Positions 18,889 to 28,180 of a stretch of 64,000 nt of DNA are shown piece by piece; positions within the stretch are counted from its first letter, which is position 1; each line of letters begins with the position of its first letter. The notes under the pieces are model-generated. The model searched no databases. It was given only the letters and a program-made list of their open reading frames with translations, and was not told the origin of the DNA. A program made the translations under genes and the position numbers. Where the stretch lies: IMG/VR virus record IMGVR_UViG_3300029267_002377, positions 44,854-108,853 of that record; one strand, written 5' to 3'. This stretch comes from a virus.

Positions 18889-20650
18889 GGCTCCCGACTG
18901 GCTAGATTCTCTCCCACCAAACTGGGAGGAAAAATACGACCGAAGACTTGTCGCAATGATTAGGGAACGGATGAACCGGGACAAATCCTTGGCCGTTCCT
19001 AAGAAGTATGCGAAGTACGTCGAGAGCATCCAAGAGTACGCCCGGGAAGTTCTCAAAGTTGAGTGGTGGGACAAACAAGTGGCGGTTGCTTTGTCATTCC
19101 AGATGAACAAATATACAATCGTCCCAGCATCGTTCGGTGTGGGCAAAACGTTCATTGTGGGTGGGCTTATCAACTGGTGGTTCGATGTTTTTGATCCTTC
19201 GATTGCACTGACAACCGCTCCCACCTGGCCCCAAGTCGAGAAGCTTCTGTGGGGCGAAATCCGAGATCAGCGCCCAGAGGGATCTGTCGGAAAAACTTAC
19301 TCTACGGAAATTAAGCACTCTGCTAAACACTACGCCCTAGGATTGTCAACCGACCGAGAGAACCGGTTTCAGGGGTTCCATGAGGAGAGGATATGTGTGG
19401 CACTCGACGAAGGTCCTGGTATCCGAGCGCCGATTTGGGACGCCGCAGTTGACAACATCCCAGTTGGACCTGATAACCGAGTTATTGCTATTGGAAACCC
19501 CCTAGAGAGATCTGGACCATTTTACGACGCTGCGAACGATCCTACCTGGCATTGTATACACATTGGTGCACTCGATCACCCCAATATACTGGCAGAACTA
19601 CAAGGAGAGGATCCTCCCTTCCCAAAAGCTGTCCGGTTGGAGTGGGTGCAAGAACGAATAAGGAAGTGGTGTGCGAGAGTCTTTGACCCGCTACCAGAGC
19701 AAAAGGTAGAACTTTTTCAATTTCCTCCGGACTCGGACCAGTGGTGGAAGCCCAATCCCCTCGCAGAGTCCAAGGTCTTAGGCTGGTTCCCAAGCGAGGG
19801 GGAAGATCAAATCATTCCCATGTCTGCCGTGGACGCCGCAGTCAAACGAGTTGAGAAACCAGGCCAGCCTGTTCGGTTCGGAATAGATGTTGCCTTCGGT
19901 GGGGGAGATGAGTCAGTGATTGCTGGGATTTTCGGACACCACGCCGAAATACTATGGACTTTTGAGGGAGCAGATGTGATGACTGTGGCTGGCCAGGCGG
20001 TTCGTCTGATTAGAAAACATCACCCTCAGGAGGTTCGGGTAGATATTATTGGAGTAGGGTCTGGTGTACACGACAGGCTGAAGGAACTTAGTGAGCTTGG
20101 AGATCTTCCGGAAGGAGTCAAGATTCTCGAAGTCCATGTCCAGAAACCACCTATCAATGAGAAAGACTACACGGAGGAGTTTTGGTCTTTGAGAGATCAG
20201 CTCTGGTGGATGATGCGTTTGGGTATTACGGAAATGGACTTGCCAGATGATGAAGTTTTGCAGTCACAGATGATTGCACCAAGGTGGGGGGTGACTTCCC
20301 GGGGTAAAATTATTGTCGAGCAGAAGGACAAGATGAAGGACCGGGGAACTAAGTCGCCAGACCGAGCAGAGGCGGTCATGTTAGCCTGGCCCGATGTGGG
20401 ATTTTTCGATGGGAAGCGGTGGAGAAAATTAAAATTCTTAAGCCCGGGCATGATTGTTTCTGCTGACCGAGGAGACAGGTTTGAGCTGCGGTATTTACTT
20501 CAGCCACCCTTTACAGTTCGAGGCCCAGCTTCTGGGAGAACTTATCACATTTTAGATAAAAAGCCATTCCCAGTGAACGAGGAAGATTTTCAACCCATGA
20601 AGGAGATGCGTTATCATACAGTTGACGGCTTCTACCCAATGTTCCGCTGA
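18881..20650 (+). CDS. terL: terminase large subunit
   Basis: ASFGVGKT Walker A, ALDEG Walker B, IGNP, nuclease motifs GIDVA..DES and SPDRAEA. Confidence 0.92.
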   Translation: MTRAPDWLDSLPPNWEEKYDRRLVAMIRERMNRDKSLAVPKKYAKYVESIQEYAREVLKVEWWDKQVAVALSFQMNKYTIVPASFGVGKTFIVGGLINWWFDVFDPSIALTTAPTWPQVEKLLWGEIRDQRPEGSVGKTYSTEIKHSAKHYALGLSTDRENRFQGFHEERICVALDEGPGIRAPIWDAAVDNIPVGPDNRVIAIGNPLERSGPFYDAANDPTWHCIHIGALDHPNILAELQGEDPPFPKAVRLEWVQERIRKWCARVFDPLPEQKVELFQFPPDSDQWWKPNPLAESKVLGWFPSEGEDQIIPMSAVDAAVKRVEKPGQPVRFGIDVAFGGGDESVIAGIFGHHAEILWTFEGADVMTVAGQAVRLIRKHHPQEVRVDIIGVGSGVHDRLKELSELGDLPEGVKILEVHVQKPPINEKDYTEEFWSLRDQLWWMMRLGITEMDLPDDEVLQSQMIAPRWGVTSRGKIIVEQKDKMKDRGTKSPDRAEAVMLAWPDVGFFDGKRWRKLKFLSPGMIVSADRGDRFELRYLLQPPFTVRGPASGRTYHILDKKPFPVNEEDFQPMKEMRYHTVDGFYPMFR

Positions 20651-21749
20651 TATTATCAATTTAATAGACGAGTCCCTTGGTGAGTACAAGGAGATGGGTG
20701 GGCCCGGTTCTGGACACTGGGGCCACAAAGGGCGGAAAGGGAGGCGCGGTGGTTCCGCTCCCAGCAAGGCTGGAACTGTGGCCAAATCCCCATATTTGAA
20801 TTCTGTGCTCGAGGGGAGGGTCGACACGTATGTCCCACCCAGCAGCCGAACGGATCCTATTGCCAATGAGATTATCAAAGAGCAGGGGTTCGATGGCAAA
20901 CCGGATGTGGTGACTGCTTCTGAGCTAAATGAGTTTGTGAATTCTGGGGAGAGGGAGCTTTACCGTGGAGTATCTAGGGGGGAGTATGCCGAGGAGTTGA
21001 TGTATGGAGATTCGTTTGAGACGGGGACCGGTATGCATGGCGCAGGGTTATATACAGTTTACGGCGAGAATGCAGATAGTACTGCAATGTACTTTGGAGC
21101 TAAGCAAGGAGAAAACGCAACTATAATTCGGATGTCTCTGAAAAAAGATGCTAACGTTATAAGTGAGTCTGCGCTTAAGGAGGAGATGGAAGGATGGCTA
21201 GCAAGCCGGGAGAGCGTAAAAGTAGATCCTGATACTCTGAGGACCCAAGCCTTTGCTGCTGCGAATCGTGGCGATAATAAGACTGCGAATAATCTTATGC
21301 AGGCCTCTTACATAGCAGAACAGCATGGAGATGTCGTAGGACACATAGCGACAGGAGATCGGGGGCGGTTTGCTGCTGCTAGCGGTTATGATGCAATAGA
21401 TGTATCGGAGCAGGGCTACATGGTGGTTTTAAATAGATCTGCACTGCGAATAGCAGAGAACCCAATGAGTGCAACAGCACCTAAACGAGGTTCCATAAAG
21501 TCTCCTCGAGTACTGCCGTCGCAACAGGTGGATGTGAGCAAAATTGTCCCAAGTGCTGTTTTGCCGAAGCATCGAGTTAGCTGGCTGAGAAATCAAATAG
21601 AGAGTAAGCGTCAGCAGGCAATCGCAGCGGCAGAGAAGGTAGCAACATCCAAATCGCCGGGGACAGTTAAGAAATGGCATACGCGGAGGAAATACTTAGA
21701 GCAGGATATGCACCATCTTATTGCTGTTCTGGAGGGACGCGTTGAGTAG
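20622..21749 (+). CDS. GGPGSG-tagged effector: PARP-like/ART-fold domain
   Basis: Tag starts at 20697; ELYRGV, GTGMHGAGLY, GYDAI, VVLNR. Confidence 0.65.
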   Translation: MTASTQCSADIINLIDESLGEYKEMGGPGSGHWGHKGRKGRRGGSAPSKAGTVAKSPYLNSVLEGRVDTYVPPSSRTDPIANEIIKEQGFDGKPDVVTASELNEFVNSGERELYRGVSRGEYAEELMYGDSFETGTGMHGAGLYTVYGENADSTAMYFGAKQGENATIIRMSLKKDANVISESALKEEMEGWLASRESVKVDPDTLRTQAFAAANRGDNKTANNLMQASYIAEQHGDVVGHIATGDRGRFAAASGYDAIDVSEQGYMVVLNRSALRIAENPMSATAPKRGSIKSPRVLPSQQVDVSKIVPSAVLPKHRVSWLRNQIESKRQQAIAAAEKVATSKSPGTVKKWHTRRKYLEQDMHHLIAVLEGRVE

Positions 21750-21800
21750 GGGGAATTTTTAAAAATTTCTAGCACCTGATGCTTATTAAGGTGTAATTAT

Positions 21801-22694
21801 ATGGCAAAAGATATGGGCGTGGAAGGAATAGATTACATAGTTTGTAGGGTATGCGGTGCCAAGGCAAGGCGTTTAGATAACCGCCATCTACCGTTTAAGC
21901 ATGGGATATCTTCGGTAGAGTATCTGGAGAGGTTTCCTGAAGCACCGCTAATGTGCAGTGAGACGAGGAGGAAATATTCCAAGACCACTAAGGAGGCGTG
22001 GAGTCGGGGAGACCACAGTAGTGGTGAAACAACTCGGAAAAAATCTAGAGCAGCAACTGCAGCGTGGAAGGATCCTGATAGACATCATGAGATGTCGGGT
22101 AAGATAAAGGAATCTTGGGATAGGGGCGATCACGAGGGAGCATGGACGGAGGAACTCCGAGTACGGCAATCTAGGAAGATAAGGCAGTGGTGTGAGAATA
22201 ACCCGGATGAGGTACAGGCTAATATGCGGAGAGCCCGAGAGGCTAAAGTTCTACTTGGAAACCGGGCGGTGTATACCGACGAAGTCCGTGCAAGGATGTC
22301 TGAGAGCGTAAAAGAGGCTTGGCGGAGAGGCGACTACGATGGAGTTTTTGACTCCCCTACTTCTATAGAGATTGATGTATCTCGGGCTCTGGATGAGAAG
22401 GGGATTAGGCACATATCTCAGTATAGGCCGAAGGGGTATTATAGGATCTACGATGAGTTCGTGCCTCCCAGGACACTAATTGAGGTTCAAGGGTCCTACT
22501 GGCATACTCTCCCTGACATGCAGGAGCGAGATATAGAAAAGGCTAGGTGGGCGCATCAGAATGGATACTTTGTGGTTGCAATCTGGGATTTTCAACTGGA
22601 GGAGTACGGAGCAGATTTTTTAGTTGAGAATTGGATTCTGCCGCTAAGTTCTACCAAGGGTGTGGGGGCTCCTCATATGGAGAGGTTATTCTAA
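21801..22694 (+). CDS. free-standing endonuclease (zinc finger + NUMOD3-like repeats + Vsr/DUF559 nuclease)
   Basis: CRVC..HLPFKH; repeated MS..KEAW.RGD; YDEF..IEVQGSYWH..RD..IWD. Confidence 0.75.
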   Translation: MAKDMGVEGIDYIVCRVCGAKARRLDNRHLPFKHGISSVEYLERFPEAPLMCSETRRKYSKTTKEAWSRGDHSSGETTRKKSRAATAAWKDPDRHHEMSGKIKESWDRGDHEGAWTEELRVRQSRKIRQWCENNPDEVQANMRRAREAKVLLGNRAVYTDEVRARMSESVKEAWRRGDYDGVFDSPTSIEIDVSRALDEKGIRHISQYRPKGYYRIYDEFVPPRTLIEVQGSYWHTLPDMQERDIEKARWAHQNGYFVVAIWDFQLEEYGADFLVENWILPLSSTKGVGAPHMERLF

Positions 22695-24160
22695 TGGCAG
22701 CAGAACCGAAGAGAAGATCAGTAGCATATCTGGATGTAAACACAAGACCATTTTTACAGCCGTCTCGTGTGCCTTCTATGTTCTCAAGCACGCAGTGGCG
22801 GTATCTGGCATCAGAGCCTGTAAACCTTTCGTACCAGACACATCTTGTGAGATCCTTGAAACTTGAGTATAAGTTTACTCCAAAGAAGGGGGTGGACCCA
22901 AAGAGCGATGAAGTATTAGAGATAACTGAGTATTATGAGGAACTTTTCGAGCATGTTAGGTTCGATCTCCTAAAGGTTATGTGGGAGAAAGATAGCTACG
23001 ATCTACCTTTTGGGGGTTCTTTAGAGATTATGTGGTGGCCAGATGGTGCGTTTGGTGGGAAGTTCCCTGCTGGTTACCCTGCTGGAATAGTGCACGTGGA
23101 TGCTGGTACGATGTATATCAATCAAGGCAACCCAAACTATCCATACGTCCAGATGGATCCGAATGACAATCAGCGGCCAATCGCGTTTAAACGTCGAGAA
23201 ATTGCTCGACTTATGTACCTTCCGCAGACGAGCATAAAGCTCTTTGGGTATCAAAAAAGCCCTGTAGAACAAAATTATCAAGTGATAGAAGCGTTGGCAA
23301 GGCTTTATACTTATGATTTGAAAAGTTTATCGGATACCCCCATTGCAGGAATCTTGGATTTAATGGATTTCTCGGAAGCGGACGTGACAGAGTGGAAAAA
23401 AGGTTTCGAAGAAATGATGATGGGTGTGAATCCCATTAAGATTCCTTTGCTGTATGAACACGAGACTCCTGCCAAATTTGTTCCTTTTGGTCAACCTGAG
23501 CTGAATGTTAGCGAAAAATGGAAGCATTACGCGGAGAAATGTGGAACACCATATGGTTTGACCATAGGTAGCCTTGGCCTGGCGGAGCACGATAGGACGC
23601 TTGCTGGAGCTCGTGTACAGAGGTTAACTACCCAACGCACTGGCGTGGGTGGGTTCGCCTACGACGAGAAGCGGGCGATCAACCGGCAGTTCTTCCCGCC
23701 AGATTGCCCAATCATGTTCGATTGGGACGTTCCTGAGATTGAGGACGTAGTCAAACGGCGCCAGGCTGAGGGTTTGCGAATTGCTTACCTGGGTCAGATG
23801 GTAGGAGCTGGGGCACTGGCAGCAGAGGATATGCTAGAGCAGGCAGTTGAAGACGGAATATTTTCAATCCCTGTTAAACCGGGAGCAATACAAGAAGGAA
23901 TCCAGGGTCTGCCCAAACCTCCTGCCCAAAAGGAAGTTCCACCTAAGGCTCAAAAACCAAAAGGAGAATATCCTGAGTATCCTCCCGCAGTGAAAGCTGC
24001 CCATATAGTCGAGGAAACCCTCCTGTTGAAGCAAGACGTAGGAGATGACCTTGAACAAACCAAAGCTTTTAAAATGATGCAAGATGTCCTAGCGGATCAG
24101 TTGTATGGAAAGGCAGTAAAGGGAAGCATCGAGAACATTTTCAATCAGCTAAAGGAGTAG
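22694..24160 (+). CDS. portal protein
   Basis: Position after TerL, size, HVDAGT..YVQ, FGYQKSPVE patterns. Confidence 0.7.
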   Translation: MAAEPKRRSVAYLDVNTRPFLQPSRVPSMFSSTQWRYLASEPVNLSYQTHLVRSLKLEYKFTPKKGVDPKSDEVLEITEYYEELFEHVRFDLLKVMWEKDSYDLPFGGSLEIMWWPDGAFGGKFPAGYPAGIVHVDAGTMYINQGNPNYPYVQMDPNDNQRPIAFKRREIARLMYLPQTSIKLFGYQKSPVEQNYQVIEALARLYTYDLKSLSDTPIAGILDLMDFSEADVTEWKKGFEEMMMGVNPIKIPLLYEHETPAKFVPFGQPELNVSEKWKHYAEKCGTPYGLTIGSLGLAEHDRTLAGARVQRLTTQRTGVGGFAYDEKRAINRQFFPPDCPIMFDWDVPEIEDVVKRRQAEGLRIAYLGQMVGAGALAAEDMLEQAVEDGIFSIPVKPGAIQEGIQGLPKPPAQKEVPPKAQKPKGEYPEYPPAVKAAHIVEETLLLKQDVGDDLEQTKAFKMMQDVLADQLYGKAVKGSIENIFNQLKE

Positions 24161-24163
24161 TTT

Positions 24164-25561
24164 TTGGCCAATAAGCGCTGGACCCAAGACGAGACAAATC
24201 TACTAATCTCTATGGGAGACAACATCGAAGCATCTGGGCAGTCCTGGAGAGAAGTGGGGGAGATGTTTGGTGTCTCTGAGAGCTCTGCTCGGCAGAAGTA
24301 TATTCGAGAGAGAGAAAAAAGAGGCAGGAAAGATCGGCAAACTGTCAAAAGAGATGAACGGGTTAACACTATGGTTGTTGAGGCACAGTTTGCTGGAATC
24401 AAAACTCTCGATGAGATGCTTGAAGTTTGCCAGGTAGATTTAAATGTCTGGAAGGTTGACCGGTACCTTGTAAACAAGTGGCCCGTTGGTGCTAAGGCAG
24501 CCAAAAAGGATCTTACTTGGGATGAGGGGCGTCTAACTGGTTCTGTATACGAGGACGGACTTGTTATTGCTCCCCTGTTCCAAGTCAAAGTTTGGTTATC
24601 ACGTATTGAGCCGGAACCGATCTTCCCAGTCCTCCAGCCGGTTGAGTGCAAGATTTTCAAACTTCCACAGGCATATAAGGCACGAAAAGGGGAACTGCGC
24701 AGAACGCTTATATTTTCAGATCCCCATTTTGGATTTATTCGTGATATTACAACAGGTGAGCTTACTCCTCTCCATAACCGTGCAGTTCTAGATGTTATCC
24801 TCCAAGTAGCTCAAATAGCTGAAGTGGACCGTGTGGATGTTTTGGGGGATATGTTAGATTTGGCTGAGTGGTCTACAAAATATACAAAATCTCCAGAGTT
24901 CTGCGAAACGACTCAGCCTTCTGTACTGGAAGCTCACTGGTGGTTGTCTCAATTTCGGCAATGTTGTGAGGAGATGACTGTTTACGAAGGGAACCACGGT
25001 AAAAGGTTGCAAGATGCCATTGTCACTCACTTGAGAGCCGCTTATGACCTCCGGCCCGCCGATGAGATGGAGATGCCACCAGCTATGAGTGTGCCCCGTC
25101 TACTAGGGTTGGACAGTTTAGAGATAGAATGGGTTGGAGATTACCCGAGTGGGGAGGTATGGTTAAATGAGTTTTTACGCTTGACCCACGGCGAGATAGC
25201 GAGAATTCCCGGAAATACTGCCAAAGCAGTTATTGAGAGTGGAGACACGAATGAGATTTTCGGCCACACTCACAAGGTGGAGTGGGGAAGCAGAACGATA
25301 CACCGCGCTAAGGAGATAAAGCAGGTTGTTGGGTTCTCACCTGGGTGTGCCTGCTGGATAGATGGCCGGGTACCTGGGTTTAGTTCAGGTCCACAGTGGC
25401 AGAATGGGTGCGCTATAGTTGATTATGAAGTCGGGGGAGAATTATTCTGGGTTTCCCCTGTTCTGATTTGTGAGGATAGGGCGATTTTCAATAAAGAACT
25501 AATTGTGGCAAGGGATCAGGTAAGTAATTTGGGGAGTAGTTATCCTGATTGGAAATGGTAA
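24164..25561 (+). CDS. HTH + calcineurin-like metallophosphoesterase
   Basis: SDPHFG, GDMLD, EGNH, THG, GHTH. Confidence 0.85.
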   Translation: MANKRWTQDETNLLISMGDNIEASGQSWREVGEMFGVSESSARQKYIREREKRGRKDRQTVKRDERVNTMVVEAQFAGIKTLDEMLEVCQVDLNVWKVDRYLVNKWPVGAKAAKKDLTWDEGRLTGSVYEDGLVIAPLFQVKVWLSRIEPEPIFPVLQPVECKIFKLPQAYKARKGELRRTLIFSDPHFGFIRDITTGELTPLHNRAVLDVILQVAQIAEVDRVDVLGDMLDLAEWSTKYTKSPEFCETTQPSVLEAHWWLSQFRQCCEEMTVYEGNHGKRLQDAIVTHLRAAYDLRPADEMEMPPAMSVPRLLGLDSLEIEWVGDYPSGEVWLNEFLRLTHGEIARIPGNTAKAVIESGDTNEIFGHTHKVEWGSRTIHRAKEIKQVVGFSPGCACWIDGRVPGFSSGPQWQNGCAIVDYEVGGELFWVSPVLICEDRAIFNKELIVARDQVSNLGSSYPDWKW

Positions 25562-26409
25562 TGGCTGACTTGTCTGCAGGTATTGTCAATCTAATAGAAT
25601 CTTCTCTTGGTGATTTTCGGGCGATGGGAGGCCCTGGCTCAGGTCATTGGGGACATCGAGGACGAAAGGGCAAAAGAGGTGGGTCGGCTCCCTCTAGAGC
25701 TGGAAGACTTACGCCGTTGGCGGATCTGGTTTCTCCTACCGGTTTTACGGATATTGGTGGAATGATAGGTCGTTTAGGAGAGGAAGGCACAAAGGAGGAG
25801 ATCACAGGAAGACTGTTCGCCGAGATTGGTTATAATTCACTGCCGAGTGTGGTAACGGAGAAGGAGCTAGACAGCGTTATCGGTTCTGGTGGACTGGAGA
25901 TGTTTAGGGCGGAGGGAGGAGCCCGAGCGGCAGAGTACGCCGAACAGTTTAGGTCAGGTAGATTGCATACTGGGAGTGGATTTTATGCCAGCGGGGTTCA
26001 TGCTGCACATGGTAGGGATGCCGAAAGCCATGCTAAACATTTTGCGAAAAGCGAGGGCGGAGTTGTCACTAGGATGGCTCTTAGTAAAGGGGCTAAAGTT
26101 GTTACAGAGGCAGAAGTTCATAGATTACACGACCAGTTTAGCAAGTTGAGAGATACCGAACTTAATAAGTTATCTGTTCGTCTTGCTAAGGACCCAACAA
26201 ACAAGGATTTGGTAAGGGATATAACAGAATATTCTCGGATTTCAAATGATGTAGCGGAGTTTGCGCGACACGATATGGCTCGGCTCCCGGCGTTGTTGGG
26301 TTATGATGCTATTCAAGGTTTAGATGGGCAAGGGTTGCCTGAGACGATTATATTGAACAGGGGCAAGGTATATGTATCTGATACAAGTACAACGGTGCCG
26401 CGAGAGTAG
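25549..26409 (+). CDS. GGPGSG-tagged effector, paralog of 20622-21749
   Basis: Tag starts at 25627; PSVVTEKELD, GSGFYASGVH, RMALSKGAKV, GYDAI, IILNR. Confidence 0.7.
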   Translation: MEMVMADLSAGIVNLIESSLGDFRAMGGPGSGHWGHRGRKGKRGGSAPSRAGRLTPLADLVSPTGFTDIGGMIGRLGEEGTKEEITGRLFAEIGYNSLPSVVTEKELDSVIGSGGLEMFRAEGGARAAEYAEQFRSGRLHTGSGFYASGVHAAHGRDAESHAKHFAKSEGGVVTRMALSKGAKVVTEAEVHRLHDQFSKLRDTELNKLSVRLAKDPTNKDLVRDITEYSRISNDVAEFARHDMARLPALLGYDAIQGLDGQGLPETIILNRGKVYVSDTSTTVPRE

Positions 26410-26421
26410 GAGACTTTTTGA

Positions 26422-27024
26422 GTGGCTGACGAAGAACTGTGGGACCGAATAGATGAGATCCTAGACGACTCAGAAGAGTTTTGGTCAATAGACGTTTCTG
26501 ACGAACTCATTGCAGCGTTAACTCTGGCTTACTTAGACGGGCTAGAAGGGGCAGCAGAGTACATCGGAGAGCTGGCTGGGGTAGCAATTGAGTTGGCTTT
26601 TGACCTGGTAGATCCTGTTGCTCTGGAATTTATTCAAGACAGAGCAGCAGAGATGGTTCGAAACGTCAACAGAGGAACCAAACACTACCTCCGCACTATG
26701 ATCTACAACGGTCTCCAAGAAGGGATCCCCGAACAAGACCTGATAGACGGAATTTTTAAAAATTTATTCGAGCAGAGCGAGTTTAGTGAGCAAAGGATCC
26801 GCTCGATCACTCGGTTTGAAATTGCTCGTGCCCAGTCTTCTGCTTGGGAAAAGCAGATGGACGAAGTCGGCCTTGAAACAAAGCGATGGGTGACCATTGG
26901 AGCGGACGCATGTGAGGTCTGTAAGGCTAATGAGGCGATGGGTCCCCAGCCGGTTAACTCGAAGACCTTTGATAACGTTTTTGGAGAAAAGTGTGGTGGG
27001 CCGCCAGCTCACCCGAACGTCTGA
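26422..27024 (+). CDS. MuF / SPP1 gp7-like head morphogenesis domain (extends to 27813 if the UGA is recoded)
   Basis: RIRSITRFEIARA, KRWVT, CEVC, PPAHPNV-UGA-RC. Confidence 0.85.
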   Translation: MADEELWDRIDEILDDSEEFWSIDVSDELIAALTLAYLDGLEGAAEYIGELAGVAIELAFDLVDPVALEFIQDRAAEMVRNVNRGTKHYLRTMIYNGLQEGIPEQDLIDGIFKNLFEQSEFSEQRIRSITRFEIARAQSSAWEKQMDEVGLETKRWVTIGADACEVCKANEAMGPQPVNSKTFDNVFGEKCGGPPAHPNV

Positions 27025-27033
27025 AGGTGCCAC

Positions 27034-27813
27034 TTGGCAGCGACTCCGTCGGAGATCGCAGGGTTAGGAAAAGAGATTGAATTCTACGTAGGCAAGTCAG
27101 AGGTTGAGAAAGGCGGGCCTGGAAGTGGTCATTGGGGTCACAAAGGGCGCAAGGGCAGGAGAGGGGGAAGTGCTCCCAGTAAGGCGCCCGCTGTTGTGGG
27201 AAAGGTTAGTACTGTTGATTGGACTGATGACAACTATAGGAGTAAGTTTGAGGAGGCTACTGGTGGGCACCGTGTGGGTTCGCGTGTTACAAAGAACCAA
27301 GCTACTGAGATAGCATACAGTCTGCAAGGGATGCCTCAACCCGATACTGAGGTTACTTTTATCACAACAAAAACCCAAGAAGAATTCGATCGCGTATATG
27401 GAGGTTCGGCTAGGGGTTGCGCTGGATTTTACAGGGTGTACACAGATGAAATTGTTTTTGGGCCGCAAACATCTGCTAACCTAGACACACCTCAGGGGTT
27501 TGCCAGTTATGGCACAGTTTGGCATGAGTGGGGACATGCGCTGGATTACACACTGAGTGAAACGAAGGGAGTGGCTAAGTCATCCAAGGTGATTCGGGCA
27601 AAAGATAATCCGTACGACCGAGCCTGGCTTTTTGATCGGTTTCCTACGAACTATGCAAAGAAAACAGAGCGGGAATTCTTTGCAGAGAGTATAGAATGTG
27701 TGAAAAGGTACTCGAATAAAAGGGAAGTGGGTTTCTATAAGCATTATTTTCCGGAATCACATGAGATGGTGGGAGCTGTCCTTGGTGATAGAATGCCGGA
27801 GGAGTGGAAGTGA
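27034..27813 (+). CDS. GGPGSG-tagged effector: zincin metallopeptidase, in frame with MuF
   Basis: KSEVEK then tag at 27112; HEWGH, NYAKKTEREFFAES. Confidence 0.75.
   Translation: MAATPSEIAGLGKEIEFYVGKSEVEKGGPGSGHWGHKGRKGRRGGSAPSKAPAVVGKVSTVDWTDDNYRSKFEEATGGHRVGSRVTKNQATEIAYSLQGMPQPDTEVTFITTKTQEEFDRVYGGSARGCAGFYRVYTDEIVFGPQTSANLDTPQGFASYGTVWHEWGHALDYTLSETKGVAKSSKVIRAKDNPYDRAWLFDRFPTNYAKKTEREFFAESIECVKRYSNKREVGFYKHYFPESHEMVGAVLGDRMPEEWK
27040..27059 (+). promoter_or_regulatory. bacterial SECIS-like hairpin
   Basis: GCGACUCC-GUC-GGAG(A)UCGC; loop begins GU, 23 nt after the UGA at 27022. Confidence 0.5.
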
Positions 27814-28055
27814 AGGTATATAGACTAGATGGTGAATATGCTGCAACTGTGGATATCGCCCCAGATCAGGTTGTGGTAACTGGTCCTTTTGAGGAGGATG
27901 TAACTGAGATTATCAATACATCCCGCGAGGTTACTTCTGAGGTTTTGGAGTCTGAGGAGGGGCTAGGGGATAATATGTTGTGGTTGGAGGGGGGCTCTCT
28001 GGAGAACGCTGAGGAGTTTTTGCAGAATCCTGGCAGGTGGGGGTATAAGGTGTGA
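27804..28055 (+). CDS. acidic small protein coupled to the metallopeptidase; candidate immunity protein
   Basis: GTGA overlap; 83 aa, Glu-rich. Confidence 0.55.
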   Translation: MEVKVYRLDGEYAATVDIAPDQVVVTGPFEEDVTEIINTSREVTSEVLESEEGLGDNMLWLEGGSLENAEEFLQNPGRWGYKV

Positions 28056-28133
28056 TTTTGATTTCTCCCTCTTCTATGTTACAATAAAGAGGAAAATGAT
28101 ATAATTCTTGAGGCCAAGGCAGTAAGCCAACTG

Positions 28134-28180
28134 GAGCCCAACTGGAAAGGTCAGAAGACCTGGAAAGTTGGGTTTTGTTT
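28134..28180 (+). terminator. hairpin with GGAA/GGAA internal loop and U-tract in the leader of the protease gene
   Basis: CCCAACT-GGAA-AGGTC-AGAA-GACCT-GGAA-AGTTGGG-TTTTGTTT; TGATATAAT at 28107 upstream. Confidence 0.55.

Noticed and set aside
2122-20650. Inteins in the polymerase or terminase
   Set aside because: Protein lengths are normal and no intein splice-junction or LAGLIDADG motifs were seen.
24000-26500. Ancestral portal-MuF fusion split by a spliced or mobile insertion
   Set aside because: The helical portal tail and MuF start are suggestive, but I found no intron core, intein motif or terminal repeats.
9857-27180. Tag copies as a DNA repeat, mobile element or diversity-generating retroelement
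   Set aside because: Copies differ at synonymous sites; no reverse transcriptase, transposase or adenine-specific TR/VR pair seen.
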